The notes under the pieces were generated by a model that was given only the letters and a program-made list of their open reading frames with translations, was not told where the DNA came from and searched no databases. The position numbers were made by a program, and so were the translations under genes. From Vulcanimicrobiota bacterium (lineage in GTDB: Bacteria; Vulcanimicrobiota; Vulcanimicrobiia; Vulcanimicrobiales; Vulcanimicrobiaceae), in contig OY970388.1 of the NCBI GenBank assembly GCA_963720185.1, positions 1,340,077 through 1,404,076 on the forward strand: DNA of 64,000 nucleotides, read 5' to 3'. Shown in pieces: positions 1-8,763 of this stretch (position 1 is the stretch's first letter; each line of letters starts with the position of its first letter).

Positions 1-355
1 ACGTGTCGTTCCTGCCGGTCGTGCGATCGACGACTTGATCCGCGACGACCATAGAGCCTGGTTTGACCTCCGCTTTGAGGGAACCGCAGGCAGTCGGCGC
101 AATGATGCGTTTGACGCCGAGCATCTTCATGGCATACAGATTCGCACGGTAATTTATGGCCTGCGGCGGAAATCGATGATCCTTGCCGTGCCGCGGCAGA
201 AACGCTACGCTTTTACCGGCGATCTCTCCCAGGGCGACCTGGTCGCTGGGCGCGCCGTAGGGCGTTTCAATCGCGACCTCGCGGGCGTTCCCGATGAGCG
301 AATAAAAACCGGAACCACCAAAGACGCCGACGTCCGCGCGCTCTGCCGTATACAT
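1..355 (-). CDS. mtnP: S-methyl-5'-thioadenosine phosphorylase (MTAP/purine nucleoside phosphorylase family). This is the N-terminal part; the gene runs off the left edge.
   Basis: Not in the ORF track because there is no stop in the window. My translation of the minus strand from ATG 355..353 reads MYTAERADVGVFGGSGFYSLIGNAREVAIETPYGAPSDQVALGEIAGKSVAFLPRHGKDHRFPPQAINYRANLYAMKMLGVKRIIAPTACGSLKAEVKPGSMVVADQVVDRTTGR. It carries MTAP hallmarks: GGSG, RHG..H, INYRAN, TACGSL, DQ.vDRTT. Confidence 0.8.
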   Translation of the reverse strand, partial: MYTAERADVGVFGGSGFYSLIGNAREVAIETPYGAPSDQVALGEIAGKSVAFLPRHGKDHRFPPQAINYRANLYAMKMLGVKRIIAPTACGSLKAEVKPGSMVVADQVVDRTTGRNDT

Positions 356-409
356 AGGGCGCCCCTGCCATTCTGGAAAAAGCGTTGCACCCCTCGAAGA
401 GGCCAACCG

Positions 410-2027
410 ATGAAGAATTGCGCTCGAGTCGCCGCCATGTTCATTGCGTTTGCAGCGTGCAGCTGCGCCGGAGCCTCAAGCCGGCGCGCGCAGGCGAGCG
501 CGCATGCTCACGTCTTGCGTTTTGCCGACGTGTCGGATCCGACGGTCCTCAACTCCTATCTCTCCTCGATGGACATTACATACAGCATATCGTCCTTGAT
601 CTTTTCGTACTTGATCGTCGCCGACGACCGGGGTAATCTTCAAGGCGATCTGGCCACCCAAGTTCCGTCATTGCGCAACGGTGGCATCTCCGCCGATGGA
701 ATGACGTACCGGTACCGCCTGCGGCACGGCGTCAGCTGGCACGACGGCGCGCCGTTTACCGCAGACGACGTGAAATTTTCGTGGCGAGCCGTCGTCAACC
801 CGCGCAACAATACCCTTCATCGCGAAGGGTATACGGAGATCCAGCGCATTGACGCGCCGGACCCATACACGGTCGTCGTGCATTTGCGCCGGCGATATCC
901 GCCGTTTCTTTCAAAGTTCTTTACGTCGCTGCAGGAAGGCGGGAAGGGCATTCTTCCGCGCCATCTCTTGCAGCAGTACGCCTCAATCAACCAAGCGCCG
1001 TTTAATGCGGCGCCGGTCGGCACCGGCCCGTTTCGCTTCGTCCGCTGGCAGCGAGGACGCGAAATCATCCTCGCGCGCTATGACCGGTATTTCAAGGGCC
1101 GGCCGAAGTCTGACGCGCCTAGAGTTCTCGGTGATCCCGAACGACGAAACGATGCTCAACGAGCTTCGTCTGGGCCATCTCGATCTGATTACATCGCCGC
1201 CGCCGACATTTTACGAGCGGTATCGCGCGCTTCCGGGAGTCGTCACGCAGCTCGAGCCTTGGAACGCACAGGAACTTTTCATCATGAATCAGAGCCGCCG
1301 GGGCCTCAACGATCTCAACGTACGCAAGGCGATTACGATAGGAATCGACTACGATGCGCTGATCCGCAAGTTGACGCACGGCATCGCTCAGCGCGCTTAC
1401 GACTTCATTCCGCCGACCGCGATCGGCTATACGCGAAATCCGCCCTATCGTTACGACCCTGCCGCCGCGAATGCGTTGCTCGAACGCATGGGCTGGCGCA
1501 AAGGCCCCGACGGTATCCGCCGGAAGGGAAACGTGCGCCTCGATTACGTGCTGGACATCATTGCCGGTTCGGACAACCAGCGCATGCTTTCGGTGCAGTT
1601 GCAAGAGTTCTTCGCGCAGATCGGCATACGGCTCTCCATCAAGACGTTTCCTTATAACGAAATTTTCACGCCGACGGGCCCGATCTACGGCAACCGCTAC
1701 GACTTTGCGGTCTACTCACAGACTTTGCCGTGGGATCCCGACAACCTGTACTACGTCGGGTGCCGCTATTTTTATCCGCAAGGCGAGAACATCTACCGGT
1801 ATTGCAACCCGCGCGCAGACAAACTGGAAATGGCCGGATTAGCCGGCGACGATCCGGTCTTGCGGGCACACGCCTACCACGCCGCAGAGCGCGAGCTTTG
1901 GCAAACGGTTCCGTACATTCCGCTCTACGAGCTGCGCCGATTGAGCGTCCACTCAAGCGACCTTACGGGATTCAAAGTAAATCCTACGAGCACGCCGTGG
2001 TACAACGCCTGGCAGTGGGATATCTAG
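410..2027 (+). pseudogene. ABC transporter substrate-binding protein, family 5 (peptide/nickel, DppA/OppA-like), with the reading frame broken near 1109
   Basis: From the internal ATG at 410, ORF 35..1657 gives a lipoprotein-type signal (MKNCARVAAMFIAFAACSC) and then SBP family-5 sequence up to ...RYDRYFKGRPK. The conserved continuation (LTRLEFSVIPNDETMLNELRLGHLDL ... NAWQWDI) lies in the next frame, in ORF 849..2027. This fits one extra nucleotide around 1095-1110. It may be an assembly indel rather than a true pseudogene. Confidence 0.8.
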
Positions 2028-2306
2028 AACTCGTTCGTCGCTTTGCCACTGCACTGGATTCAGAACGTGGCCTAATCCAACGGCTGCGTCTGGTCTATCC
2101 GCCAGGTGAGCGAGAGCGCGTTAGCGCCTTCATCCAACGCCATGGTCTCGATCGCTAACGTGCGACAGTAAAATATTGAGCTGCGGCGTGAGCATCGTCT
2201 TACGACGACGCGCCCTTCGACCACGCGAGCGTCGCTCGCCGCTCAGTGTGACAAGGACGTTGTTAGGCTAAGTACTCCTTCAGAGTCTCAGAGGGGGCGT
2301 TGCTTA

Positions 2307-2780
2307 TTACCTATTAAAGTCGCTGGGTTTCAGATCTTCGATGAACTTCTTGAAGCGCTCCGTTTCCGCTTCTTCGTTGCGTTTGTCGGGGAGGGACTCC
2401 TCCAGCACGATCTTGTCCGAAACGTAAATCGGTGCGCTCATGCGCAACGCGATCGCAATTGCATCGGAGGGTCGCGCATCGATCTCTTGCAAATCGCCGT
2501 CCGAGCGTACCATCAGCTTGGCGAAGAACGTCGATTCGCGGATGTCGTGCACGACGACTTGCTCTAAGCGAGCATCGAGACTATCCAGAATCGTGCGCAT
2601 CAGATCGTGAGTGAGCGGGCGAGGCACCGGCGCATTTTCCAGCGCGAGTGCGATCGCCGTCGCTTCGAACGGTCCGATCAAGATGGGCAGGAAGCGCTTG
2701 CCGTCCATATCCTTAAGGATCACGACGGGATCGTGCGTAAGCAGATCGATCCCGAGTTTGTCCACTTTCATCTGCCGCAT
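2307..2780 (-). CDS. bifunctional nuclease family protein (BFN/DUF151)
   Basis: ORF 2307..2822. The sequence ...FLPILIGPFEATAIALALENAPVPRPLTHDLMRTILDSL... is the BFN family signature. I set the start at the internal ATG (MRQMKVDKLG); 2822 and 2771 are alternatives. Confidence 0.75.
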   Translation of the reverse strand: MRQMKVDKLGIDLLTHDPVVILKDMDGKRFLPILIGPFEATAIALALENAPVPRPLTHDLMRTILDSLDARLEQVVVHDIRESTFFAKLMVRSDGDLQEIDARPSDAIAIALRMSAPIYVSDKIVLEESLPDKRNEEAETERFKKFIEDLKPSDFNR

Positions 2781-2890
2781 ACTCACTAGCGTATCTATCC
2801 TACGGCGCCGCTCCGCAATCATGCCGAAGCAAGCCGCCTAGCGCGGGCCAGGGCGGTCCGTTCGCGCGGCCGAACGGTGCGCCGTTTGCC

Positions 2891-3985
2891 ATGCCACTGA
2901 AATGCGGGATCGTGGGCTTGCCCAACGTCGGCAAGTCTACCATTTTTAATGCCTTGACACGCTCGGCGCAAGCCTTGGCGGCAAATTATCCGTTTGCGAC
3001 CATCGATCCGAACGTCGGGGAAGTTCCGGTGCCCGACGATCGGCTCCCGGTGCTCGCGGCATTGCTGCGGTCAAAGCAAATCGTGCCGGCGACGATGCGC
3101 TTCGTCGACATCGCAGGATTGGTCCGCGGTGCGAGTGCGGGAGAGGGCTTGGGCAACGCCTTCCTGAGCCACATTCGAGAAACCGATGCAATCGTTATGG
3201 TTCTGCGATGCTTTCTCGATGATAACGTGGCGCACGTGGAGGGCGAGCCGGATCCGCAACGCGATGCGGAGATCGTGAACATCGAGATGGCGTTGGCGGA
3301 CCTTTCGACGATGCAGCGGCGCGGTGAACGGTTGCAACGCGAAGCACGCGCCGATCGCCGTCTTGCGCCGAAAGTTGAAGCTGCGCAAGCCATCGTCGCC
3401 CGCTTGGAAAAGGGACTGCCGGCGCGCACGTTTGGCGCACACTCGGCGGAGGCGGGCCTTGCGCGCGAATCGTTTCTGCTGACCGCAAAACCGGTGCTGT
3501 ACGTGGCGAACATCGACGAAGCGCAGTTGCACGCTCCCGGTCCGCTCTTTCGCGCCGCAGAGGAGATCGCGCGCAGCGAAGGCAGCACGGTCATCGCGTT
3601 CTGCGGAAAAACCGAAGCGGAACTGGCTACGTTGAACGAAGCGGAGAGGCGTGAATTTTGCAAGGCGTTAGGCATCGATCGCTCCGGCCTGGAACAGCTG
3701 GTAGCGTCGGCATATGATTTACTCGGCTTGATGACGTTCCTCACGGCCGGAGAAAAGGAAACTCGCGCGTGGACGATTCTCCGCGGAACGCGGGCCCCGC
3801 AGGCGGCCGGCACGATCCATAGCGATATGGAGCGCGGTTTTATCCGCGCGGAAGTGGTCGACTATGAAGATTACGCAACATACAAAACGATGGAGGCATT
3901 GCGCAGCGCCGGACTCGTGCGAAGCGAAGGCAAAGAGTATGTGATGCGCGAGGGCGACGTCGTAAACTTCAAGTTCAACGTATAG
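2891..3985 (+). CDS. ychF: redox-regulated / ribosome-binding ATPase YchF
   Basis: 364 aa. N-terminal P-loop MPLKCGIVGLPNVGKSTIFNALT, with the coiled-coil insert and C-terminal TGS-like region (GFIRAEV...EGKEYVMREGDVVNFKFNV) typical of YchF/OLA1. Confidence 0.95.
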   Translation: MPLKCGIVGLPNVGKSTIFNALTRSAQALAANYPFATIDPNVGEVPVPDDRLPVLAALLRSKQIVPATMRFVDIAGLVRGASAGEGLGNAFLSHIRETDAIVMVLRCFLDDNVAHVEGEPDPQRDAEIVNIEMALADLSTMQRRGERLQREARADRRLAPKVEAAQAIVARLEKGLPARTFGAHSAEAGLARESFLLTAKPVLYVANIDEAQLHAPGPLFRAAEEIARSEGSTVIAFCGKTEAELATLNEAERREFCKALGIDRSGLEQLVASAYDLLGLMTFLTAGEKETRAWTILRGTRAPQAAGTIHSDMERGFIRAEVVDYEDYATYKTMEALRSAGLVRSEGKEYVMREGDVVNFKFNV

Positions 3986-4043
3986 CTAGGAAGGCGCCCG
4001 GAAATGGGAACTATAACGTAAAACGGCTCGGAGGAGGCGTCAG

Positions 4044-5303
4044 ATGACCACTGCTGTGCGCGATGTTTCCGTCTTCGGAGACGGGATTGCTTATTTCAAC
4101 GAAGCGGCAACGCTGCTGGAACTCGACAATTCGATCCGAGCCATCCTGACGCACCCCTCACGCCAGATCATCTTTTCGATTCCCTTTCAGCGGGACTCAG
4201 GCCAATTCGAGGTTTACACCGGATATCGCGTGCAGTACAACTTTGCCCGCGGCCCCGCGAAGGGCGGAATCCGATTTCATCCGGGCGTTACGCTTGACGA
4301 AGTGACGGCCCTCGCATTTTGGATGACGTGGAAGTGCGCGGTGGTAGACTTGCCCTTCGGCGGCGCAAAAGGCGGAGTGACGTGCGATCCGGCGCAGCTT
4401 TCTCAAAACGAGCTGGAGCGTGTCACCCGCCGTTACGCGGCGGAACTCGTTGAGGTCGTGGGTCCCGATAAGGATGTGCCCGCGCCGGACGTGGGCACGA
4501 ATCCTCAGACCATGGCCTGGTTCATGGATACGTATTCCATGCACATGCGCCAAGCGGTTCCGGGCGTCGTCACCGGCAAACCCCTCGCCATCGGCGGATC
4601 GAAGGGCAGGGTGGAAGCGACCGGGCGCGGCGTTGTGATCTGCACGATGGATGAAATGGCCAACATGGGGCTTTTGCCCTCGGAAAGCAGCGTGGTGATT
4701 CAAGGTTTCGGCAACGTCGGTATGTACGCGGCCAAATTGTTTGCGGAACGCGGGTGCAAGGTCGTCGGAATATCGGACGTCACGGGCGCGTACTACAACG
4801 AGAAAGGGCTGGATATCGCCAACGCGATCGCGCACTCGCAAGAGCATCACAATCTGGACGGGTTTACCGGCGGCGAAAAGATCAGCAACGCCGAGCTGCT
4901 GGCGAGCGAATGCGACGTCCTGGTGCCTGCCGCCCTCGAGAAGGTGTTGACGACCGAAAATGCGCCCGCCGTCAAGGCCAAACTGATCGCGGAGGGAGCA
5001 AACGGCCCAACCACGCCGGATGCCGATCACATCCTGAACCAACGGGGCATCACGGTGATTCCGGACATCATGGCCAATGCCGGCGGCGTGACCGTTTCAT
5101 ACTTTGAATGGGTCCAAGACCGCATGGGTTACTTCTGGAAAGAATCTGAAGTGAACGAACGTTTAGAGGATGCGCTGCTGAGCAACTTTCACGAGCTGCG
5201 TGCCATGCGCAATCGTCACCGCATTCCCTACCGCACCGCCGCTTACATGGTGGCGATCGATCGCGTCGTGCAGTCGCTGCGGTTGCGCGGCGTCTACGCT
5301 TAA
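4044..5303 (+). CDS. gdhA: glutamate dehydrogenase (Glu/Leu/Phe/Val dehydrogenase family)
   Basis: 419 aa. Motifs KGGIRFHP, PFGGAKGG (catalytic Lys region) and the GFGNVG Rossmann motif. A GGAGGAGG RBS lies upstream of the ATG. Confidence 0.9.
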   Translation: MTTAVRDVSVFGDGIAYFNEAATLLELDNSIRAILTHPSRQIIFSIPFQRDSGQFEVYTGYRVQYNFARGPAKGGIRFHPGVTLDEVTALAFWMTWKCAVVDLPFGGAKGGVTCDPAQLSQNELERVTRRYAAELVEVVGPDKDVPAPDVGTNPQTMAWFMDTYSMHMRQAVPGVVTGKPLAIGGSKGRVEATGRGVVICTMDEMANMGLLPSESSVVIQGFGNVGMYAAKLFAERGCKVVGISDVTGAYYNEKGLDIANAIAHSQEHHNLDGFTGGEKISNAELLASECDVLVPAALEKVLTTENAPAVKAKLIAEGANGPTTPDADHILNQRGITVIPDIMANAGGVTVSYFEWVQDRMGYFWKESEVNERLEDALLSNFHELRAMRNRHRIPYRTAAYMVAIDRVVQSLRLRGVYA

Positions 5304-5602
5304 GAAGTTCTCGGTTCGAGCGGCAGTCCGGACTCGACCCAGGCTGCGTAGCCGCCTTCCAGCGCCTGCGCACCGCGAAAGCCCTTTTCGCGTAACGTTT
5401 TTGCAACCCGGGAGCACGAATTGCCGCTGCCGCAGTACAACACGACGGAATCGTCCTCGTCGAACGGCAAGTCCGCCGTGCGCTCCAGCTCTTCGCCGTC
5501 GCATCGCGACGAGGCGGGGATTTGGCTGCCGTCCGGCTTCTTGCGAATATCGATGATCCGAACGGCGCCGCGAGCTTGCGCGGCGAGTTCTGCGGCGGTC
5601 AT
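5300..5602 (-). CDS. rhodanese-like sulfurtransferase domain protein
   Basis: The C-terminal 100 aa of ORF 5300..5689, from the internal ATG at 5602 (MTAAELAAQARGAVRIIDIR...). The active-site loop is VLYCGSGNSCSR. The ATG overlaps the RND stop (TGATG). The stop overlaps the gdh stop within CTTAAG. Confidence 0.8.
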   Translation of the reverse strand: MTAAELAAQARGAVRIIDIRKKPDGSQIPASSRCDGEELERTADLPFDEDDSVVLYCGSGNSCSRVAKTLREKGFRGAQALEGGYAAWVESGLPLEPRTS

Positions 5603-8600
5603 CAGTCGCCGGCTACCGTAGGCTCCCGCACTTCGAGCGGCGGAAGCGGTTCGCTGGGACGCGCCGGCGCGCGCCGACGGGCAGTCCACGATTTAACGAT
5701 GATGTAGATCACCGGCGTGATGGCCAAATTGAGGATCGTCGAAACGATCATGCCGCCGAAGACCACCGTTCCGAGCGAATGGCGCGCGGCACTGCCTGCG
5801 CCGCTTGCGAAGACCAGAGGCGTTACGGCAACGATGAAGGCGATCGACGTCATGAGGATCGGCCGCAGCCGCGTTTGGGCGGCTCGCGCGGCGGCGGTGA
5901 CGACGTCAGCGCCCGCGCGCATTTGCTGATTTGCAAACTCCACGATTAAAATTGCGCTCTTGCTGGCCAGGCCGATCAGCATCACGAAACCGACCTGCGC
6001 GTAAGCGTCGCTCGGCATACCTCGGACGCCTAAGAACAACAGCGCGCCGAGTATCGCCACCGGAACGGCTAGCAAGACGATCAGCGGATCGATGAAGCTC
6101 TCATATTGCGCCGCAAGCACGAGAAACACAAAGATGATACCGATGAAGAAGATCAGCGCCGAAAGATTCCCGCCTTCGATTTCGTCGAGCGACAGCCCGG
6201 ACCACTCGTAGCTGATGCCCGGAGGATTAATCTTCTGGGCAAGTTGCTCCATCGCCGCGATCGCCGATCCCGATCCCTTGCCCGGAGGCGCTGCGCCATT
6301 GATCTCGATGGAGCGGAAGAGGTTGTAGTGCGTGATGATCGGCGCCGATTTCGTCAGGCTTGCGGTGCCGAGCCCGCTGAGCGGAATCATTCCGCCGGCC
6401 TGTGAGCGCACGTACAAACTCTGCAGCGATTCAAGCGATGTCCGGTAGGGCTCTTCGGCCTGGACGTAAACGCGATACGAACGATTCAAATAAGTGAAAT
6501 CGTTGACGTAAAACGACCCGAGATCGGTCTGCATCGTGTTGAAGACGTCGGTGAGAGAAACGCCGATGCTCTTCGCCTTTTCACGGTCGACGTGCACTTG
6601 ATACTGCGGGGCATCGATGCGGAAGGTCGTAAAGACTTGCGTCAGGTTCGGATTCTTGTTGCCGAGCATCATGTAGCCGTACGCCGTCTGCATCAGCGCG
6701 GGCAAGCCGACATTCCCTCGATCCTCGAGTTCGTACTGAAATCCGCCGAAGTTGCCGACGCCTTGGATGGCGGGCGGATTGAACGCGAACACCTGGGCGC
6801 CCGGTATGCCGAAGAACCGCATCTGGACCCGCTGCAAGATTGCTGCGAGCGAATGTTGCCCGCCCTTGCGCTGCGACCACGGGGTGAGCCTGATAAACGC
6901 GATGCCGCGATTCGGCCCGCTTCCCGAGAAGCTAAAGCCGGAAACATCGAAGACGTCCGCAATTTCAGGCTGCGCGTCCAAAATAGCCTCGACGCGCTTG
7001 GCGATATCCTGTTCGTGAGCGAGCGACGTGCCTTCGGGCGCCTGGATCGTGACGATGAAAAAGCCCTGATCTTCATCCGGAATGAACCCGGTAGGAGTCG
7101 TTCGGAATAATATCACCGTGGCGACGAGCGCGATCGCGAAGACGGCTGCAACGACGTAGCGCCAGCGGAACAGCTTCGGCAGCGTTGCCCGATACCAGGC
7201 CCGGAAGGAGGTTAATCCGCGGTTGAACCACACAAAAAACGCCCAGCCGGATTCCATCTTCCCGGTCAGCATGCGCGACGACATCACGGGCGTGAGCGTG
7301 AGCGATGCGAAGAGCGAGATCGTGATCGACGCCGCAATCGTCAGAGCGAACTGCTTGTAAAGTTGACCGGTGGTGCCCGGGAAAAATGCGACGGGTACGA
7401 ATACCGCCAGCAAAACGAGCGACGAAGCGACCACCGCGCCCTGCACTTCCCGCATCGCTGCCGCAGCGCCCTCGATGCCGCCCATACCCTTTTCTTGGAT
7501 GTAGCGCGCGATATTTTCGATAACGACGATGGCATCGTCGACCACTAATCCGGTCGCCAAGGTTAAACCGAAAAGCGTGATCGTGTTGATCGTAAACCCA
7601 AAAACCTTCATAACGGCGAACGTTCCGACGAGTGAAATCGGAAGCGTAACGGCCGGAATGAGCGTTGATCGCGGGCTTTGCAAGAAGAGGAAGATGACCA
7701 ACACGACCAAGATGATCGAAAAGAGCAAGGTCAGGAAGACCTCTCTAATCGATTCCTTGACAAAATCCGTCGTATCGAACGCGATTTTGTACGTGACGCC
7801 GGCCGGGAACGTGCGCGAGAGCAGCCCAAGCTCTTTACGCACTCCATCGGCTGCTTGGAGCGCGTTTGCCGTCGGCAGTATCTGAACGCCCAACCCCACG
7901 ACGTTCTGGTTGCCGTCAAATGCAATGGAGCTGGAATAGTCCTCCGCTCCGAGCTCCACTCGCGCCACGTCACCGAGCCGCGTGAATCCGCCGTTCGGAT
8001 TCGCGCGAACGATGATGTTGCGGAATTGTTCGGGGGTGCTGAGCCGTCCCTCGGCGCGCACGCTGATGGTAAAGGGCTGATTTTTCGGTTCAGGCGCGCC
8101 GCCGATGCTTCCGGCCGCGACTTCGACGTTTTGTTCCTGCAGCGCGGACAGCACGTCGCTGATCGCCAGACCGCGCGCTTGAAGCTCTAGAGGATTCACC
8201 CACACGCGCATCGCGTACCGGCGTTGGCCGAAGATCACGACGTTGCTGACGCCGCGCACTCGCTTGAGCGTGTTGACGACGTTCAGTTCGGCGTAGTTGC
8301 TCAAGAACAGTTGGTTGAACTGGGGATTGGTCGAGCGCAAGGCGGCAGCCATGATGAACGTGCCGCTGTTTTTGGACACGGTGATGCCGGTTTGCTTGAC
8401 CTCATTCGGCAATTGGCCCGAGGCGGACTGCACCGCGTTCTGCACGTCGGTTGCTGCAATATCCAAATCTGTTCCCAGATTGAACGTGCAGGTGATCGTG
8501 CTCGTACCGTTGTTGGAACTACTGGAGGTGATGTAGCGCAAACCTTCGACGCCGTTGATGGCCTGTTCCAGCGGTGTCGTCACCGCCGACTCGACCGCCT

Positions 8601-8763
8601 CGGCGTTTGCTCCGGTGTAGTTAGCGCTGACGGTAACGACCGGCGGGGCGATTCGCGGATACTGCGCGATCGGCAACGTTGGAATCGTGATAGCCCCTGC
8701 CAGCACGACGATGAGGGAAAGAACCGCGGCAAAAATGGGACGCCGCAGAAAGAAATTGGTCAG
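5602..8763 (-). CDS. RND efflux transporter permease, AcrB/AcrD/AcrF (HAE1-like) family
   Basis: The ORF track begins at GTG 8706 (VLAGAITIPTLPIAQYPRIAPPVVTVSANY...). The same frame reads LTNFFLRRPIFAAVLSLIVV immediately upstream. This aligns position for position with the AcrB N-terminus [23 protein letters not shown], so I extended the 5' end to CTG 8763..8761. Length is over 1050 aa with the 12-TM RND architecture. Confidence 0.9.
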   Translation of the reverse strand: MTNFFLRRPIFAAVLSLIVVLAGAITIPTLPIAQYPRIAPPVVTVSANYTGANAEAVESAVTTPLEQAINGVEGLRYITSSSSNNGTSTITCTFNLGTDLDIAATDVQNAVQSASGQLPNEVKQTGITVSKNSGTFIMAAALRSTNPQFNQLFLSNYAELNVVNTLKRVRGVSNVVIFGQRRYAMRVWVNPLELQARGLAISDVLSALQEQNVEVAAGSIGGAPEPKNQPFTISVRAEGRLSTPEQFRNIIVRANPNGGFTRLGDVARVELGAEDYSSSIAFDGNQNVVGLGVQILPTANALQAADGVRKELGLLSRTFPAGVTYKIAFDTTDFVKESIREVFLTLLFSIILVVLVIFLFLQSPRSTLIPAVTLPISLVGTFAVMKVFGFTINTITLFGLTLATGLVVDDAIVVIENIARYIQEKGMGGIEGAAAAMREVQGAVVASSLVLLAVFVPVAFFPGTTGQLYKQFALTIAASITISLFASLTLTPVMSSRMLTGKMESGWAFFVWFNRGLTSFRAWYRATLPKLFRWRYVVAAVFAIALVATVILFRTTPTGFIPDEDQGFFIVTIQAPEGTSLAHEQDIAKRVEAILDAQPEIADVFDVSGFSFSGSGPNRGIAFIRLTPWSQRKGGQHSLAAILQRVQMRFFGIPGAQVFAFNPPAIQGVGNFGGFQYELEDRGNVGLPALMQTAYGYMMLGNKNPNLTQVFTTFRIDAPQYQVHVDREKAKSIGVSLTDVFNTMQTDLGSFYVNDFTYLNRSYRVYVQAEEPYRTSLESLQSLYVRSQAGGMIPLSGLGTASLTKSAPIITHYNLFRSIEINGAAPPGKGSGSAIAAMEQLAQKINPPGISYEWSGLSLDEIEGGNLSALIFFIGIIFVFLVLAAQYESFIDPLIVLLAVPVAILGALLFLGVRGMPSDAYAQVGFVMLIGLASKSAILIVEFANQQMRAGADVVTAAARAAQTRLRPILMTSIAFIVAVTPLVFASGAGSAARHSLGTVVFGGMIVSTILNLAITPVIYIIVKSWTARRRAPARPSEPLPPLEVREPTVAGD

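Noticed and set aside
35-409. N-terminal extensions of tracked ORFs: 35..409 of the SBP ORF, 14684..15157, 56540..57154, 18419..18598, 63159..63314, and 36821..37075
   Set aside because: These segments are antisense to, or overlap, well-supported neighbouring genes. They translate to low-complexity basic sequence. Internal starts with an RBS and/or family-typical N-termini were preferred.
2017-2160. 47-codon ORF (VGYLELVRRFATALDSERGLIQRLRLVYPPGERERVSAFIQRHGLDR) overlapping the end of the SBP gene
   Set aside because: Third-position GC is only about 47% by hand count, versus about 70% in real genes here. It has no RBS and no recognisable family. It may be a gene remnant, but this is not supportable.
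2986-3813. Long antisense or alternative-frame ORFs of 250-400 aa inside conserved genes. Examples: 2986..3813 (in ychF), 4197..5042 (gdh), 20584..21804 (ABC exporter), 23565..24422 and 24738..25595 (dnaK), 28150..28974 (rnj), 43968..44825 (secA), 30136..31050 (ftsK).
   Set aside because: Their translations are Arg/Ala/Pro/Gly-rich low-complexity sequence with no recognisable motifs. Each lies fully within a strongly supported gene. Open shadow frames of this kind are expected in GC-rich DNA because stop codons are AT-rich.
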